From an uncultured delta proteobacterium (GTDB lineage Bacteria > Desulfobacterota > Binatia > UBA9968), in the NCBI GenBank assembly GCA_963816145.1, contig CAWFJP010000003.1, positions 768,001-832,000 on the forward strand: a DNA stretch of 64,000 nt, in the 5' to 3' direction. Each line of letters opens with the position of its first letter. Within the stretch, counting starts at the first letter, position 1. This document shows positions 20,103-30,162 of this stretch, in pieces. A program made the position numbers and the translations under genes. The notes beneath the pieces were generated by a model that saw only the letters and a list, made by a program, of their open reading frames with translations, was not told where the DNA came from and did not search any database.

Positions 20103-21380
20103 ATGATCGGCAAACTCAAAGGACATCTTAACGGTCTATTTTACGGCTGGCGCATGATCGGCGTCAGCTGCGCGATCCGCGTCCTCGGCGGAGGGCTGCA
20201 CGCCTACGGACTATCGGTTTTCTTTCTCCCGGTGACTCAAGAACTGGGGCTGACGCGCACGGCGACCTCGCTGGTGTTTTCCTTGGCGCGCGCCCAGGGC
20301 GCCATCGAAGGACCCATCGCCGGTTACTGCATTGATCGCTTCGGCCCGCGTCCGGTCATTGCCATCGCCGTGGCGCTGGCCGGCATCGGCTATCTCCTGC
20401 TCGCCGGCGTGCACAGCTACGCCATGTTGCTGATCGTCTACATGGGCATCATCTCGCTGTCGTACCAAGCCGGTTTCATGGACGCGACGATGGCGGTGGC
20501 CAACACCTGGTTCATCCGCAAGCGCGCCCTGGCGATGTCAATCACCAGCGGCTCAATTGCTCTAGGCGGCGCGTTGCTCACCCCATTTCTCGCCTACGCC
20601 GTGCATACCTGGGGCTGGCGCATCGCCTCGATCGGCTCTGGCATCGCTTTTTTGCTCGCGGGCATGCCGCTGTCGCTGCTGATTCGACGCTCGCCGGAAA
20701 GTATCGGCCTATTGCCCGACGGCGCGCCGCTCGAAGCGAAGACCGCCAGCAACAATGAAACCAGAGTCGCAAGGCAGACGGCGATCGCAAGGGAATACAC
20801 GTTGCACGAGACATTGCGCACACATCAATTTTGGCTGCTCACGTTCGCCACCAGTTTTCGCGCGATCTGTTCCAGCGCCGTGCTGGTTCACTTCGTGCCG
20901 ATCCTGGTGTGGAAAGGTTACAGCGAAACCCAAGGAGCATTCTATCTAGGCGTCATCGCATTTTGCGGTATGCCGACACATTTACTCATCGGTTGGTTGG
21001 GTGACCGTTTATACAAGCCCCGTCTCATGGCCGGCTTCATGCTGCTCGGTAGTCTGTCGGTCTATTTATTATTTCACGGCCGGCAAACCTGGCAGCTGTG
21101 GCTCGCCGTGTTGCTCTTCAGCGTCTTCGAGGGGCTGTTTCCGGTCACGTGGGCCACCGTTGGAGATTTTTTTGGCCGAACAAACTTCGCCAAGATTCGC
21201 GGCAGCATGAGCTTTCTCTACACCTGGGGCAGCGTCCTTGGTCCGGTGATCGCCGGATCGATCTACGACCGCACGAAAAGTTATGCCGCACTGTTCTGGG
21301 TTCTATTGATCATGTGCGGGGTCACCGCGGCGCTTTACGCCATGATGTTCCAACCCAAACCCCGCGCCATGCGCAATTGA
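20103..21380 (+). CDS. MFS transporter
   Basis: FYGW start motif, GYCIDRFGPR, GWLGDRL, GPVIAGSIYDRTKSY; about 12 TM. Confidence 0.92.
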   Translation: MIGKLKGHLNGLFYGWRMIGVSCAIRVLGGGLHAYGLSVFFLPVTQELGLTRTATSLVFSLARAQGAIEGPIAGYCIDRFGPRPVIAIAVALAGIGYLLLAGVHSYAMLLIVYMGIISLSYQAGFMDATMAVANTWFIRKRALAMSITSGSIALGGALLTPFLAYAVHTWGWRIASIGSGIAFLLAGMPLSLLIRRSPESIGLLPDGAPLEAKTASNNETRVARQTAIAREYTLHETLRTHQFWLLTFATSFRAICSSAVLVHFVPILVWKGYSETQGAFYLGVIAFCGMPTHLLIGWLGDRLYKPRLMAGFMLLGSLSVYLLFHGRQTWQLWLAVLLFSVFEGLFPVTWATVGDFFGRTNFAKIRGSMSFLYTWGSVLGPVIAGSIYDRTKSYAALFWVLLIMCGVTAALYAMMFQPKPRAMRN

Positions 21381-21389
21381 GCGAATCCA

Positions 21390-21872
21390 GTGAAGCAAAG
21401 TTTTTTCCGCGTCGGCAAAACCTGGGCGCCGGTCGTCATCTGGATGGCGCTGATATTTACTTTCTCCACCGACTGGTTCGCCGCCCCCAACACTTCATCG
21501 TTCTTCGGACCGCTGTTGTCCTGGCTGATTCCGGGAATTGCAGCCGAGAAAATTCAGATCATTCACGCCGCGCTACGCAAGCTCGGCCATTGGACCGAGT
21601 ATTTCATTTTGGCAACCTTCTTGGCGGCCGCGTGCCAAACCCAATGGCCGAAGCAAACCCGGCAAAGCCGCTTTACCGCTAGCGTGATGATTGCCACGCT
21701 CTATGCAATCAGCGATGAATGGCACCAATCCTTCGTGCCCAACCGCAGCGCTAGCGCCATCGATGTAACGATCGATGCCTGCGGCGCAATCTGTGGAGCA
21801 TTTTGGGCTCGGTACTGCGACCGAATTCCTGCGAAGCGCGACAAAGCCCAACAAGATGCGAAAAAACCTTGA
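21390..21872 (+). CDS. VanZ-like family membrane protein
   Basis: WMALIFTFS, RKLGHWTEY, YAISDEWHQSFVPNRSAS..DV.ID. Confidence 0.85.
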   Translation: MKQSFFRVGKTWAPVVIWMALIFTFSTDWFAAPNTSSFFGPLLSWLIPGIAAEKIQIIHAALRKLGHWTEYFILATFLAAACQTQWPKQTRQSRFTASVMIATLYAISDEWHQSFVPNRSASAIDVTIDACGAICGAFWARYCDRIPAKRDKAQQDAKKP

Positions 21873-21909
21873 CAACTTCGGCGCAAATCGCGAGGATAGA
21901 ACCACGTTA

Positions 21910-22497
21910 ATGCACCGATTCACGCCATTGAAAACAGTCTCAGAACAGCAAATTCACCGCGCGACAACTTTCACCGTCCTGCTGGTCATCATGCTGCTTG
22001 GCTACGGCTGCAAATCGTCGGAACCGATCACAGCCGGAATGTTTTCGCCGCCGCAGTCCCTCAGCGGCACGGCGACTCCCGCGGCGGCCCGTTCGCTTTC
22101 CTCGATGGAAGCGATCAGCCGCGGTGTCGCCGCCGTCACTCCGCCGGGAGCGGCATTGAAGGATGTCTACTATCAATTCGATAGCGTCGAACTGGAAGGC
22201 GACGCGGTCGAGATCTTGAAGAAAAACGCCGAGTGGTTGAAAGCCAACCCCAAGGTGCGCGTCGAAGTCGAAGGCCACTGCGACGATATCGGTTCAGCCG
22301 AATACAATCTTGCCCTCGGCGCCAAACGCGCACAATCCGCCAAGGATTTTCTCGTCAGCCAAGGCATCGCCGCCGAACGCTTGGTGACGATCAGCTACGG
22401 CAAAGAAGCCCCTGCCTGTTTTGAACTCACCGAAGAATGCCGCGTGCACAACCGCCGCGCCCGCTTTGTCATGTTCACCGAAGTGCCGACCTCATAA
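21910..22497 (+). CDS. pal: Peptidoglycan-associated lipoprotein / OmpA-domain lipoprotein
   Basis: Lipobox LGYGC, VYYQFDS, VEGHCDDIGSAEYNLALGAKRA, ISYGKE.P, NRRA. Confidence 0.8.
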   Translation: MHRFTPLKTVSEQQIHRATTFTVLLVIMLLGYGCKSSEPITAGMFSPPQSLSGTATPAAARSLSSMEAISRGVAAVTPPGAALKDVYYQFDSVELEGDAVEILKKNAEWLKANPKVRVEVEGHCDDIGSAEYNLALGAKRAQSAKDFLVSQGIAAERLVTISYGKEAPACFELTEECRVHNRRARFVMFTEVPTS

Positions 22498-22508
22498 AAG
22501 AACAACCC

Positions 22509-22626
22509 GTTCTAATCGTTTCAACCGTTCAAGCCGTTTCGAACCGCTTCCGGAAAAAGACTGCACAAGCCCAAAATTCGGATAATTGTTTTTTGAACGG
22601 CTTGAACATTTAGAACCACTTGACCT
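22509..22626. repeat. Free-standing GTTCAA/TTGAAC inverted-repeat element between convergent genes
   Basis: gttctaatcgtttcaaccgttcaagccgtttcgaacc ... tttgaacggcttgaacatttagaaccacttgacc. Confidence 0.7.
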
Positions 22627-22635
22627 CGCTTATTC

Positions 22636-25218
22636 TCATTCATACCCGATCGCCGTGACCACGGGTGTCGCTGCGGCCTTTTTAGCTGGTCCATAACCGG
22701 CCAGGAGACAGAGTACAACCGTGGCACTGACGACCAGACCGGCTACGTCGTAGGGGTAGTAGAACTGGAACGTCCATCCGGTAAGCAGTTTAGTGTTGAA
22801 AACCACATGGTGATACGCCATCACACTGCCGGCGAACAGACCAAGGAGTCCGCCGATCAGGCCCATCCAGCCGGCTTCCATTACAATGATACGACGTATT
22901 TGGGACTGGGTCGCGCCGATGGCGCGTAGGACGCCGATCTCGCGGGTCCGGTCGAGAATCGACGCGAGCAGCGTGTTGATCACGCTGAAGATCGCCACCA
23001 CCAAGGCGACGATTTCCACGGCATAATTCACCACGAAGGACTGCTCCATGATCCGCAACACGGCGTCCTTCAGTTCGCGGTGCGTGCTGATAAAGAGCTG
23101 ATACTTCTCTCCATAGCCTTCTTTGATCTTTTGAATCAGCGCCGCCATGTCGACACCAGGCTCCAACCAGAGATCGAAGGCATCGACCAGTTGGTCGCGC
23201 CAATACTTCTTATAGAGCGCGCGATCGATCAGCACGCTGCCGATGTCGGACGAATAGTCGATATAAATGCCCAGCACTTTGAAAGTCACCGGCCCTGAAG
23301 GCGTAACGAGCTCGAAGCTATCGCCCACCTGCTTGCCGAAGCGGGTTTGAAAACTTTCGCTAACCACAGCGCCCTTGCCTTCGCCCATTTCACGCAGCGC
23401 GCGAGCGCCATCGCCTTGCGCCATCGGCAAGGTGCGCACGCGCGCCGATTCGACGGCGGAAAACGACTCGACGACGATCGGCCGTCCTTGATAATTCGCT
23501 CGGACCAGACGGTATAGATCGACAATTTTCACGCCCGGCAGCCCGCGCAGCCCGGCCGCCGGCTCTTCGCGCAACGAAACATTCCGCGGGCCGGCAGTGC
23601 GCGCGCCGGAGCTAATGATTATATCGGCGGTCACCATTTGATCGACCCACGCGAGCAGCGACCCACGCACGCTGTTGACGAAGGCGGCGATGGTGAAAAT
23701 GGCGGCCAGGCTGACAATCATCGTCGCCACCGTGATTCCTGAACGCAATGGATTACGCCGCAGACTGTCCGAAGCCAAACGCGTCTCTACCCATGACACG
23801 CCCGGCAGCGACAGCGTCGATCGCCATAGTATTTGCGCTACCTGACGGACGATGAGCGGCGCGAAAAAAGCCAGGCCGAGGAGAAAGATCAACATGCCGA
23901 CGACACCGACGCTGAATTGGCGCACCGATCCCGTGAGTCGCGGCGCTAGAACAATCATCACCGGCGCGATTGCCATAGAGAATATCCCAAGCCGGGTTGC
24001 CCAGGATTTCCTGGCGGCAAACACCGGCCGCCACACGGCTTGGCGGGCATTCTCCAACGGGCTGATGCGCAGCGCTTCGATGGCCGGATGGCAAGCCGCC
24101 AACAAGGCGACCCCGACGGCACTGGCAAGGGCGATGCCGAGCTCGCGCGGCGACAAACTAGTTCCTTCCAAGCCAATGGACGAATATAGATTGCGCACGG
24201 TTTCGCCGACGGCCAACAACGCCCCTTGGGCCAGAGCCCAACCGATCAGACAGCCGATGATCGCGCCGACGAGCGCCAGAATCAGCGCCTCGGCGACGAT
24301 CAGCCGCAACAGTTCGAAGCGGCGCATGCCCAGGCAGCGCAGGGTGCCGATCTCGCGCCTGCGTTGCACGATGGAGACCGAAACCGTGTTGTAGATGAGA
24401 AAAAAGCCGACGAACAGGGCGATCAAACTGACGAAGAAAAGACCGACGCGAAACGATGTCAGCAACGACTCGATTTGCTCGCCGCGTTTTTTCGGCCGCT
24501 CGACCTCGGCCGCGCCGGCCAACCGCTGGCGCAGTCTGGTTTGGACCGTTTCGACGCTCGTTCCAGTTTCGACGGTCAGATCGATGATATCGAGTTTGCC
24601 TTCCTTGCCGAAGGCGAGCTGCGCGACCGGCAAGTCCATCAAAGCAAAGTTGCCGCCGAAAACACGCGCCGTCCCCTCTTCTTTGAGCAAAGCGCTAACT
24701 CTATAGTTCTGCTTGCCCTGGCTCGTGTTGAGCTCCAAGGCCGAGCCGATGGATAATCCCAAGCGCCGGGCAAATGACTCAGTGACGGCGATGGAGTCCG
24801 GCCGGGCGATGAAATCGAGAGCTTTGTCGAAACCAAAACCATCGCCGGCAAACTGATGGTCGCGCATGGTGAAATCGGTCAGCAGGTCGACGCCGTAAAT
24901 ATACAGCCGTTCGGCGCGCACACCGCTCACCGGGAGAAAACCGTCGACCGCGGCAGCGACTTCAAGAACTCCCTCAGTGTCGCGCACCAGCGGCAGCAGC
25001 GCCTCAGCCATTCCGCTTTCGCTATTGGAGACTTGCAGCACCGCCTTACCGGCGATCTGCTCGATTGTCGATTGAAACGAAGTCGTCAACGCGCGATTGA
25101 CCAGCGCGATCGCGACAATCACCGCGACACCCAACGCCATACCCAAGAAAGTCAAGAACGTGCGCAGCCGATGATGCCGCACATGGCGCCAGGAGATGGT
25201 CTTGATGAGTCGAAACAT
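22636..25218 (-). CDS. ABC transporter permease, FtsX/MacB-like (two FtsX domains)
   Basis: RTFLTFLGMALGVA, RRREIGTLRCLG, RTREIGVLRAIGA. Confidence 0.92.
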   Translation of the reverse strand: MFRLIKTISWRHVRHHRLRTFLTFLGMALGVAVIVAIALVNRALTTSFQSTIEQIAGKAVLQVSNSESGMAEALLPLVRDTEGVLEVAAAVDGFLPVSGVRAERLYIYGVDLLTDFTMRDHQFAGDGFGFDKALDFIARPDSIAVTESFARRLGLSIGSALELNTSQGKQNYRVSALLKEEGTARVFGGNFALMDLPVAQLAFGKEGKLDIIDLTVETGTSVETVQTRLRQRLAGAAEVERPKKRGEQIESLLTSFRVGLFFVSLIALFVGFFLIYNTVSVSIVQRRREIGTLRCLGMRRFELLRLIVAEALILALVGAIIGCLIGWALAQGALLAVGETVRNLYSSIGLEGTSLSPRELGIALASAVGVALLAACHPAIEALRISPLENARQAVWRPVFAARKSWATRLGIFSMAIAPVMIVLAPRLTGSVRQFSVGVVGMLIFLLGLAFFAPLIVRQVAQILWRSTLSLPGVSWVETRLASDSLRRNPLRSGITVATMIVSLAAIFTIAAFVNSVRGSLLAWVDQMVTADIIISSGARTAGPRNVSLREEPAAGLRGLPGVKIVDLYRLVRANYQGRPIVVESFSAVESARVRTLPMAQGDGARALREMGEGKGAVVSESFQTRFGKQVGDSFELVTPSGPVTFKVLGIYIDYSSDIGSVLIDRALYKKYWRDQLVDAFDLWLEPGVDMAALIQKIKEGYGEKYQLFISTHRELKDAVLRIMEQSFVVNYAVEIVALVVAIFSVINTLLASILDRTREIGVLRAIGATQSQIRRIIVMEAGWMGLIGGLLGLFAGSVMAYHHVVFNTKLLTGWTFQFYYPYDVAGLVVSATVVLCLLAGYGPAKKAAATPVVTAIGYE

Positions 25219-25268
25219 GACTTGATGATCAGTTGAGCCGCAAACCGTTGCCCGCACCACCCTGTTTC

Positions 25269-25342
25269 GTAAGGCGTCAAAGGTGAAGGGTAAGGCATTT
25301 CTGATTCACAACGCTTCACCCCTTACCCCTGGCCCTTTACGC
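25269..25342. repeat. Heptamer inverted-repeat element (GGTAAGG / CCTTACC type) between ATPase and permease
   Basis: gtaaggcgtcaaaggtgaagggtaagg ... cttcaccccttacccctggccctttacgc. Confidence 0.65.
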
Positions 25343-26005
25343 TTCTTCGACTCGCCCATCGCGCAAATAAATCTTCCGGTCGGCATACCCTGCCGCCTCC
25401 TCGCTATGGGTCACCATGACGATGGTGCAACCGTCTTGCTGATTGACCTGGCGCAATAGGTCGAGAATCGCTAGACCGTTTTTGGAGTCGAGGTTACCGG
25501 TGGGCTCGTCGGCGAGCAGGATCGGCGGGTTGAAGGCTAGTGCCCGGGCGATCGCCACCCGCTGGATCTCGCCGCCGGAAAGCTCTTCCGGAAGATGCTG
25601 CTGGCGATGCTGCAATCCGACCTTGGCGAGTAGCGCCGCGGCGCGTTCATCCGCCTCGCTCTTACCGCGGCCGTCAAGCACGAAGGGCAAGGCGATATTT
25701 TCCGCCGCGGACAACGTCGGCAGGAGATTGAAAAATTGAAAGATAAAGCCGATCTTACTGCGGCGAAACAAAGTCACGTGATCGTCCGACATTTGGCCGA
25801 TCAAGCGGTCGTCCACCAGCAACTCGCCGCTAGTGGGCCGGTCCAAGCCGCCGATCACATGAAGCAGAGTGCTTTTCCCAGAGCCGCTCTCGCCCATCAC
25901 GGCAGCGAACGCACTTCGGGGAATCTCCAGTGACACGCCGGCGAGCGCCGTGATCTGGTTGTCACCCTGCTGGTAGACCTTGCAAACGTCGGTGCAGCGA
26001 ATCAT
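25337..26005 (-). CDS. ABC transporter ATP-binding protein (LolD/MacB-like)
   Basis: GESGSGKST, LSGGEIQRVAIARAL, LADEPTGNLD, VTH. Confidence 0.95.
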   Translation of the reverse strand: MIRCTDVCKVYQQGDNQITALAGVSLEIPRSAFAAVMGESGSGKSTLLHVIGGLDRPTSGELLVDDRLIGQMSDDHVTLFRRSKIGFIFQFFNLLPTLSAAENIALPFVLDGRGKSEADERAAALLAKVGLQHRQQHLPEELSGGEIQRVAIARALAFNPPILLADEPTGNLDSKNGLAILDLLRQVNQQDGCTIVMVTHSEEAAGYADRKIYLRDGRVEEA

Positions 26006-26017
26006 GCGGTGCGGCAG

Positions 26018-26383
26018 TTAGCAGAACAGCTGGATTGTCGGCACACCCAAAGCAGTAACAGTTTTACGTTGATCTTTTTCTAGCGCCGCAAGATTAGCGC
26101 TAACCCCATCCACCAAAGCATCGACGTTAACACCGAGGTATACCGGACTGTAGGCCTGAAGCTTTTCGATTCCCATGCGCCAGAGCTTCAACGCCCCGAC
26201 AGGTACGCCCTGTTCAAGTTTGTAATAGCCGGCGGCGATTTGAATGATGCCCTGGTAAAATTTGCGCTCCTCGCCATGCTCCTCGAGCCAGATCTCTTCG
26301 AGGGTTTCGTGGCACTCGAAATAGAGTCCGCTATTGAACTCTTCAATGCCCTTTATGAATCGCGGATCATCTTGTAGTTCCAT
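26018..26383 (-). CDS. DUF309 domain protein
   Basis: GIEEFNSGLYFECHETLEEIW...FYQGIIQIAAG. Confidence 0.85.
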   Translation of the reverse strand: MELQDDPRFIKGIEEFNSGLYFECHETLEEIWLEEHGEERKFYQGIIQIAAGYYKLEQGVPVGALKLWRMGIEKLQAYSPVYLGVNVDALVDGVSANLAALEKDQRKTVTALGVPTIQLFC

Positions 26384-26431
26384 AGTCGATTTACCAAGCA
26401 AGCTACGTCGCGTCACTCGTGAAATTCAATC

Positions 26432-26512
26432 TCACCACGAAGGACACGAAGAGCACGAAGTTCGGAATAAAAGTCGTCCCAGCCTTCGTGTCCTTCGTGC
26501 GCTTCGTGGTGA
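26432..26512. repeat. CACGAAG x3 / CTTCGTG x3 inverted-repeat element
   Basis: tcaccacgaaggacacgaagagcacgaagttcgga ... ccttcgtgtccttcgtgcgcttcgtggtga. Confidence 0.85.
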
Positions 26513-26564
26513 AGCATATTTCGGCATTGCCGCCCCAGTCCCTTTGTGGTTAAGTTGTGACACT

Positions 26565-27869
26565 TTGATTACCGAATTCAATCCACAAACTAACCCGAAA
26601 ACCGAACTAGAACTAGATATCGACAGGCTTTCCTATGGCCCCTACGGCGTCGGCCGCGTGGACGGCAAGGCGATCATGGTTCCCAACAGCGCTCCCGGCG
26701 ACCGCCTGGTCGCCCGGATCATCGAATCGAAAGAGCGCTACGCCATCGGTGAAACCGTCAAAATCGTCACGCCATCGCCGCTGCGCCAGACCCCGCCTTG
26801 CCCCTATGTCGGTGACTGCGGCGGCTGCACCTGGCAACATATCGGTTACCCAGAGCAACTCAAGGCCAAACAGCAGAGTGTCGCCGACGCCCTGCGACGC
26901 ATCGGCAAACTCGACAATTTTGATCTAAGACCGATCATCGCTTCGCCCAGCGCAGAGCATTATCGCCGGCGCATTCGCCTCCAGGTGAGCGCGGTAAAAC
27001 GCCTCGGCTTCTTCAGCACCGCCTCTCACCATATCGTCGAAATAGATAACTGCATGATCGCGGCACATCCCGTGAATGCCGTCATCGCCCGGCTGCGAAC
27101 TTGGCTCGACCAACTGGCTACGACCATCGAGCACATCGAGATCGTCGCCGGCGACGAGCCCGGCCAAACCGTGATTACGGTTGCAGCCACCGACAGCTTA
27201 AATAGTCGCGACGAAGAGCTCTGCGCCCGGCTCGTCGACGCCGGCAATCGGATCGATGGCGTCATCGTCCATGGCAATGATTGGCGCAAGACCTGGGGCA
27301 ATCCATCGATCACCGTCGCGCTGCAAAATGACCTGTCGCTCAAACTCGACGCCGACACCTTCACTCAGATCAACGCCGGCGCGAACCGGCTGATGCTGAA
27401 CCAACTCCTCAAAGCTGGCGCGTTCGACAAACAGGATCGCGTTCTGGAACTCTATGCCGGCGCGGGTAATTTCACCTTGCCGATGGCCAAGCTGGTGCGT
27501 GAAATCACCGCCGTCGAGGGGTTTCGCAATGCTGTCACCAGCGGCAAGCTCAACGGCCAGCGCAACGCCATCGACAACATCCATTGGACCTGCGCCCCGG
27601 TGCCGCGGACCGTGTCCCAGTTAAAAAAACAGCGACTAAACTTCACCAAGATCGTCCTCGACCCGCCCCGTACCGGCGCCAAGGGGATCGAGGCCGACAT
27701 CGCCGCGCTCGGGGCTAGTATGATCCTTTACGTCTCGTGCAATCCCGCCACCTTGGCACGCGATCTCGGCGCGCTAAATCAACAATGCTACAAACTCCAG
27801 TTCGTTCAACCGATTGACTTTTTCCCCCACACCTTTCATGTAGAATCGTTAGCCGTAATGATCCGATGA
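26565..27869 (+). CDS. rlmD: TRAM-domain 23S rRNA m5U methyltransferase (RlmD/RumA family); start approximate
   Basis: CPYVGDCGGCTWQH, FTQIN, LELYAGAGNF, LDPPRTG, YVSCNPATLARD, DFFPHTFHVE. Confidence 0.85.
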   Translation: MITEFNPQTNPKTELELDIDRLSYGPYGVGRVDGKAIMVPNSAPGDRLVARIIESKERYAIGETVKIVTPSPLRQTPPCPYVGDCGGCTWQHIGYPEQLKAKQQSVADALRRIGKLDNFDLRPIIASPSAEHYRRRIRLQVSAVKRLGFFSTASHHIVEIDNCMIAAHPVNAVIARLRTWLDQLATTIEHIEIVAGDEPGQTVITVAATDSLNSRDEELCARLVDAGNRIDGVIVHGNDWRKTWGNPSITVALQNDLSLKLDADTFTQINAGANRLMLNQLLKAGAFDKQDRVLELYAGAGNFTLPMAKLVREITAVEGFRNAVTSGKLNGQRNAIDNIHWTCAPVPRTVSQLKKQRLNFTKIVLDPPRTGAKGIEADIAALGASMILYVSCNPATLARDLGALNQQCYKLQFVQPIDFFPHTFHVESLAVMIR

Positions 27870-27879
27870 GGAGGAACCC

Positions 27880-28866
27880 ATGGCGAAAGTTTGGTTTGTG
27901 CTTCTAACTCTAACTGCCCTTTGCTTAAGCGGTCAAAGTGCCGGCGCCGCTGCGGCGCCGGACCGGCTCGTCGGCTTGCACTCAGCGCAAGTCATGTCGC
28001 AGTCAATGCCCTGGATCGCCCGCGAAGCGGGTTTGTTTCAGAAATATAATCTCGACTTCAATTTAGTTTTCATCCCTTCGTCGCCCGTCGCCACCGCAGC
28101 CACGATCAGCGGCGATGCCGATATCGGCGTTACCGGCGCCGTAGGCAATGTGCGCGCCATCGTGCAAGGCAACAAAGATTTAGTCTTCATCGGCGGTATG
28201 AAGAACTTCTTGACTCATAGCATCATGGGCAAAGCCGACATCAAAAGTCCGCAAGATCTCAAAGGCAAAAAAGTTGCGGTTGGCCGATTCGGCGGCAATA
28301 CGCACTATTTTGTCATCCAGGCACTCAAACGCTTTGGGATGGACGCGGCCAAAGACATCCAGACGATCCAGACCGGCGGCGGGCCGGAGACCGTAGCCGC
28401 GCTACTCGGCGGCACCGTCGATGCCGCGGGGTTGGTAGCTCCCGGAGATTTTCAGGTCGCCTCGCAGGGTTATCGCTACGTCGTCAACGGCTTTGACTTG
28501 AAGATTCCCTACGCAGCGACCTGCATCGTCACCCTGCGCTCCCAAATCAACAAGCGCGGCCTGGTCATCGGCCGCTTCATGCGCGCCATGGCTGAAGCGA
28601 GCAATCTGATGCATAGCGACCGAGCGTTGGTCTATCGAGTGCTTGGCAAATATCTGCGCATCACCGACACGAAAGTCCTCGATGCTGCATACAATTCCGA
28701 AATCGCCGCCATCGAACATAAGTTGGCAATCCACGATGCCGCGCTGCAAGCATCCCTAGACGAGATCGCCCCCATCGACCCGCGCGCTAAGAATATCAAG
28801 ACCACTGACATGATCGATCGGCGCTATCTGGTCGAATTGGACAAGAGCGGGGTGTTTGGTAAATAA
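27880..28866 (+). CDS. ABC substrate-binding protein, SsuA/THI5 (NMT1) family
   Basis: PWIAREAGLFQKYNLD, DLKGKKVAVGRFG. Confidence 0.85.
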   Translation: MAKVWFVLLTLTALCLSGQSAGAAAAPDRLVGLHSAQVMSQSMPWIAREAGLFQKYNLDFNLVFIPSSPVATAATISGDADIGVTGAVGNVRAIVQGNKDLVFIGGMKNFLTHSIMGKADIKSPQDLKGKKVAVGRFGGNTHYFVIQALKRFGMDAAKDIQTIQTGGGPETVAALLGGTVDAAGLVAPGDFQVASQGYRYVVNGFDLKIPYAATCIVTLRSQINKRGLVIGRFMRAMAEASNLMHSDRALVYRVLGKYLRITDTKVLDAAYNSEIAAIEHKLAIHDAALQASLDEIAPIDPRAKNIKTTDMIDRRYLVELDKSGVFGK

Positions 28867-28900
28867 GCGGAAGGCGCGAGTCCGAAAGAAATCGCTTTCA

Positions 28901-29890
28901 ATGAAGGCCATCGATATCCACCATCACTATGTGCCGAAGCAATTGATCGACGAGTCCAAAAAACATGGCAAGTCGCTTGGGGTAGAAGTTACCGAGGAAA
29001 AAGGCAGCTGGGCGCTGTCCTTCGCCGGCAGCCACCCGCATCGTCTGCAGCCGCCGATCTTCGATGTCGGCGGACATCTCGCGATCATGGAACGAGGACA
29101 AGTCAGCCTAGCCACACTCGAAGCCAACACCAACAGTCTGGGCTATCGCTTGAACGGCGCCCAAGGGGAGGCCTGGTGCAATCTTTACAATGATTGCACC
29201 GATTTATTGGCGAAGCAGCGCCCGGATTGTTTCATCGGCATGGCCGTGGTGCCGCTGCAAGACGGCGCGCGCGCGGCGAAAGTACTGGAGCACGCCATCG
29301 TCGATCTCAAATTTCGCGGCGCCTTCATCGGCACCAACGTCAACGGCCAATATTATAACGTCACCGACTTCGATCCGTTCTGGGCCAAGGCCCAGGAGTT
29401 GGACATCATGATCGTCATGCACCCCGAGCATATCGCCGGCGCCGAACGCATGACCCAGTACGGTTTGAACGCCGTCTGCGGTAATCCCGCCGACTCGACG
29501 TTGTCGCTCGGCTACATGTTCTACAGCGGCCTGTTCGACCGCTTTCCCAATTTGAAGATCTGCGCGTTGCACGGCGGCGGCTTTCTGCCCTTCCATCTCG
29601 GCCGCTTCGACAAAGAATTCGTCACCGGCCAAAAGACCCGGCCGGCGCAGGCAAAAAATCCGCCTAGCGCTTATCTCAAAAATCTCTACTTCGACACGCT
29701 GGTCTACGATGTCGACACGCTGGAATATCTGAAAGCCAAAGTCGGCACCGACAAACTCATGCTCGGCACCGACTACCCCTATACCCTCGGCGACTGGATG
29801 GCGGTGGAAAAAGTCCAGGCGTTACAATGCTCGGACACCGACAAAGACGCGATCTTGGAAGGCAACGCGAAGCGATTGCTGAAGTTGTAA
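28901..29890 (+). CDS. Amidohydrolase-2 family protein, paralog of 12043-13041
   Basis: IDIHHH, VPLQD, VMHP, FDRFPNLK..LHGGG, GTDYPY. Confidence 0.9.
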   Translation: MKAIDIHHHYVPKQLIDESKKHGKSLGVEVTEEKGSWALSFAGSHPHRLQPPIFDVGGHLAIMERGQVSLATLEANTNSLGYRLNGAQGEAWCNLYNDCTDLLAKQRPDCFIGMAVVPLQDGARAAKVLEHAIVDLKFRGAFIGTNVNGQYYNVTDFDPFWAKAQELDIMIVMHPEHIAGAERMTQYGLNAVCGNPADSTLSLGYMFYSGLFDRFPNLKICALHGGGFLPFHLGRFDKEFVTGQKTRPAQAKNPPSAYLKNLYFDTLVYDVDTLEYLKAKVGTDKLMLGTDYPYTLGDWMAVEKVQALQCSDTDKDAILEGNAKRLLKL

Positions 29891-29923
29891 AACACGAGCG
29901 ACCCTTGCCCTAACCCCCACTAC

Positions 29924-30055
29924 GAGACTGTGTCGCAACTGTCATTTCGAGGTGAAGCCGAGAAATCTCTTCTTCGTATGTGGCTGAAAACACGAGATCC
30001 CTCGCTGTGCTCGGGATGACAGACGTGGGGCATTTGCGCATTGTGACACAGGCTC
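29924..30055. mobile_element. 132-bp TIR miniature element (copy 2) inserted in a CCCT..AACCC/GGGCGAGGG-type REP
   Basis: GAGACTGTGTCGCAA ... TTGTGACACAGGCTC; interior nearly identical to 19801-19932. Confidence 0.8.
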
Positions 30056-30084
30056 TACGCGGGCGAGGGAACCCGACTCAGATC

Positions 30085-30160
30085 GAAACGATTGGAACTA
30101 CTGGAACCACTATCTCTCTGACGATTTGAACGTTTTGAACGGCTTGAACGTTTTGAACGG
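30085..30160. repeat. TTGAAC 9-bp-period tandem arm
   Basis: tttgaacgttttgaacggcttgaacgttttgaacgg directly 3' of the stop of the minus-strand amidohydrolase. Confidence 0.75.
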
Positions 30161-30162
30161 GC

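Noticed and set aside
26334-26564. N-terminal extension of the 511-aa RlmD ORF
   Set aside because: It overlaps DUF309 on the other strand and reads through the CACGAAG element (HHEGHEEHEV...LRVLRALRGE), so it is a repeat translation.
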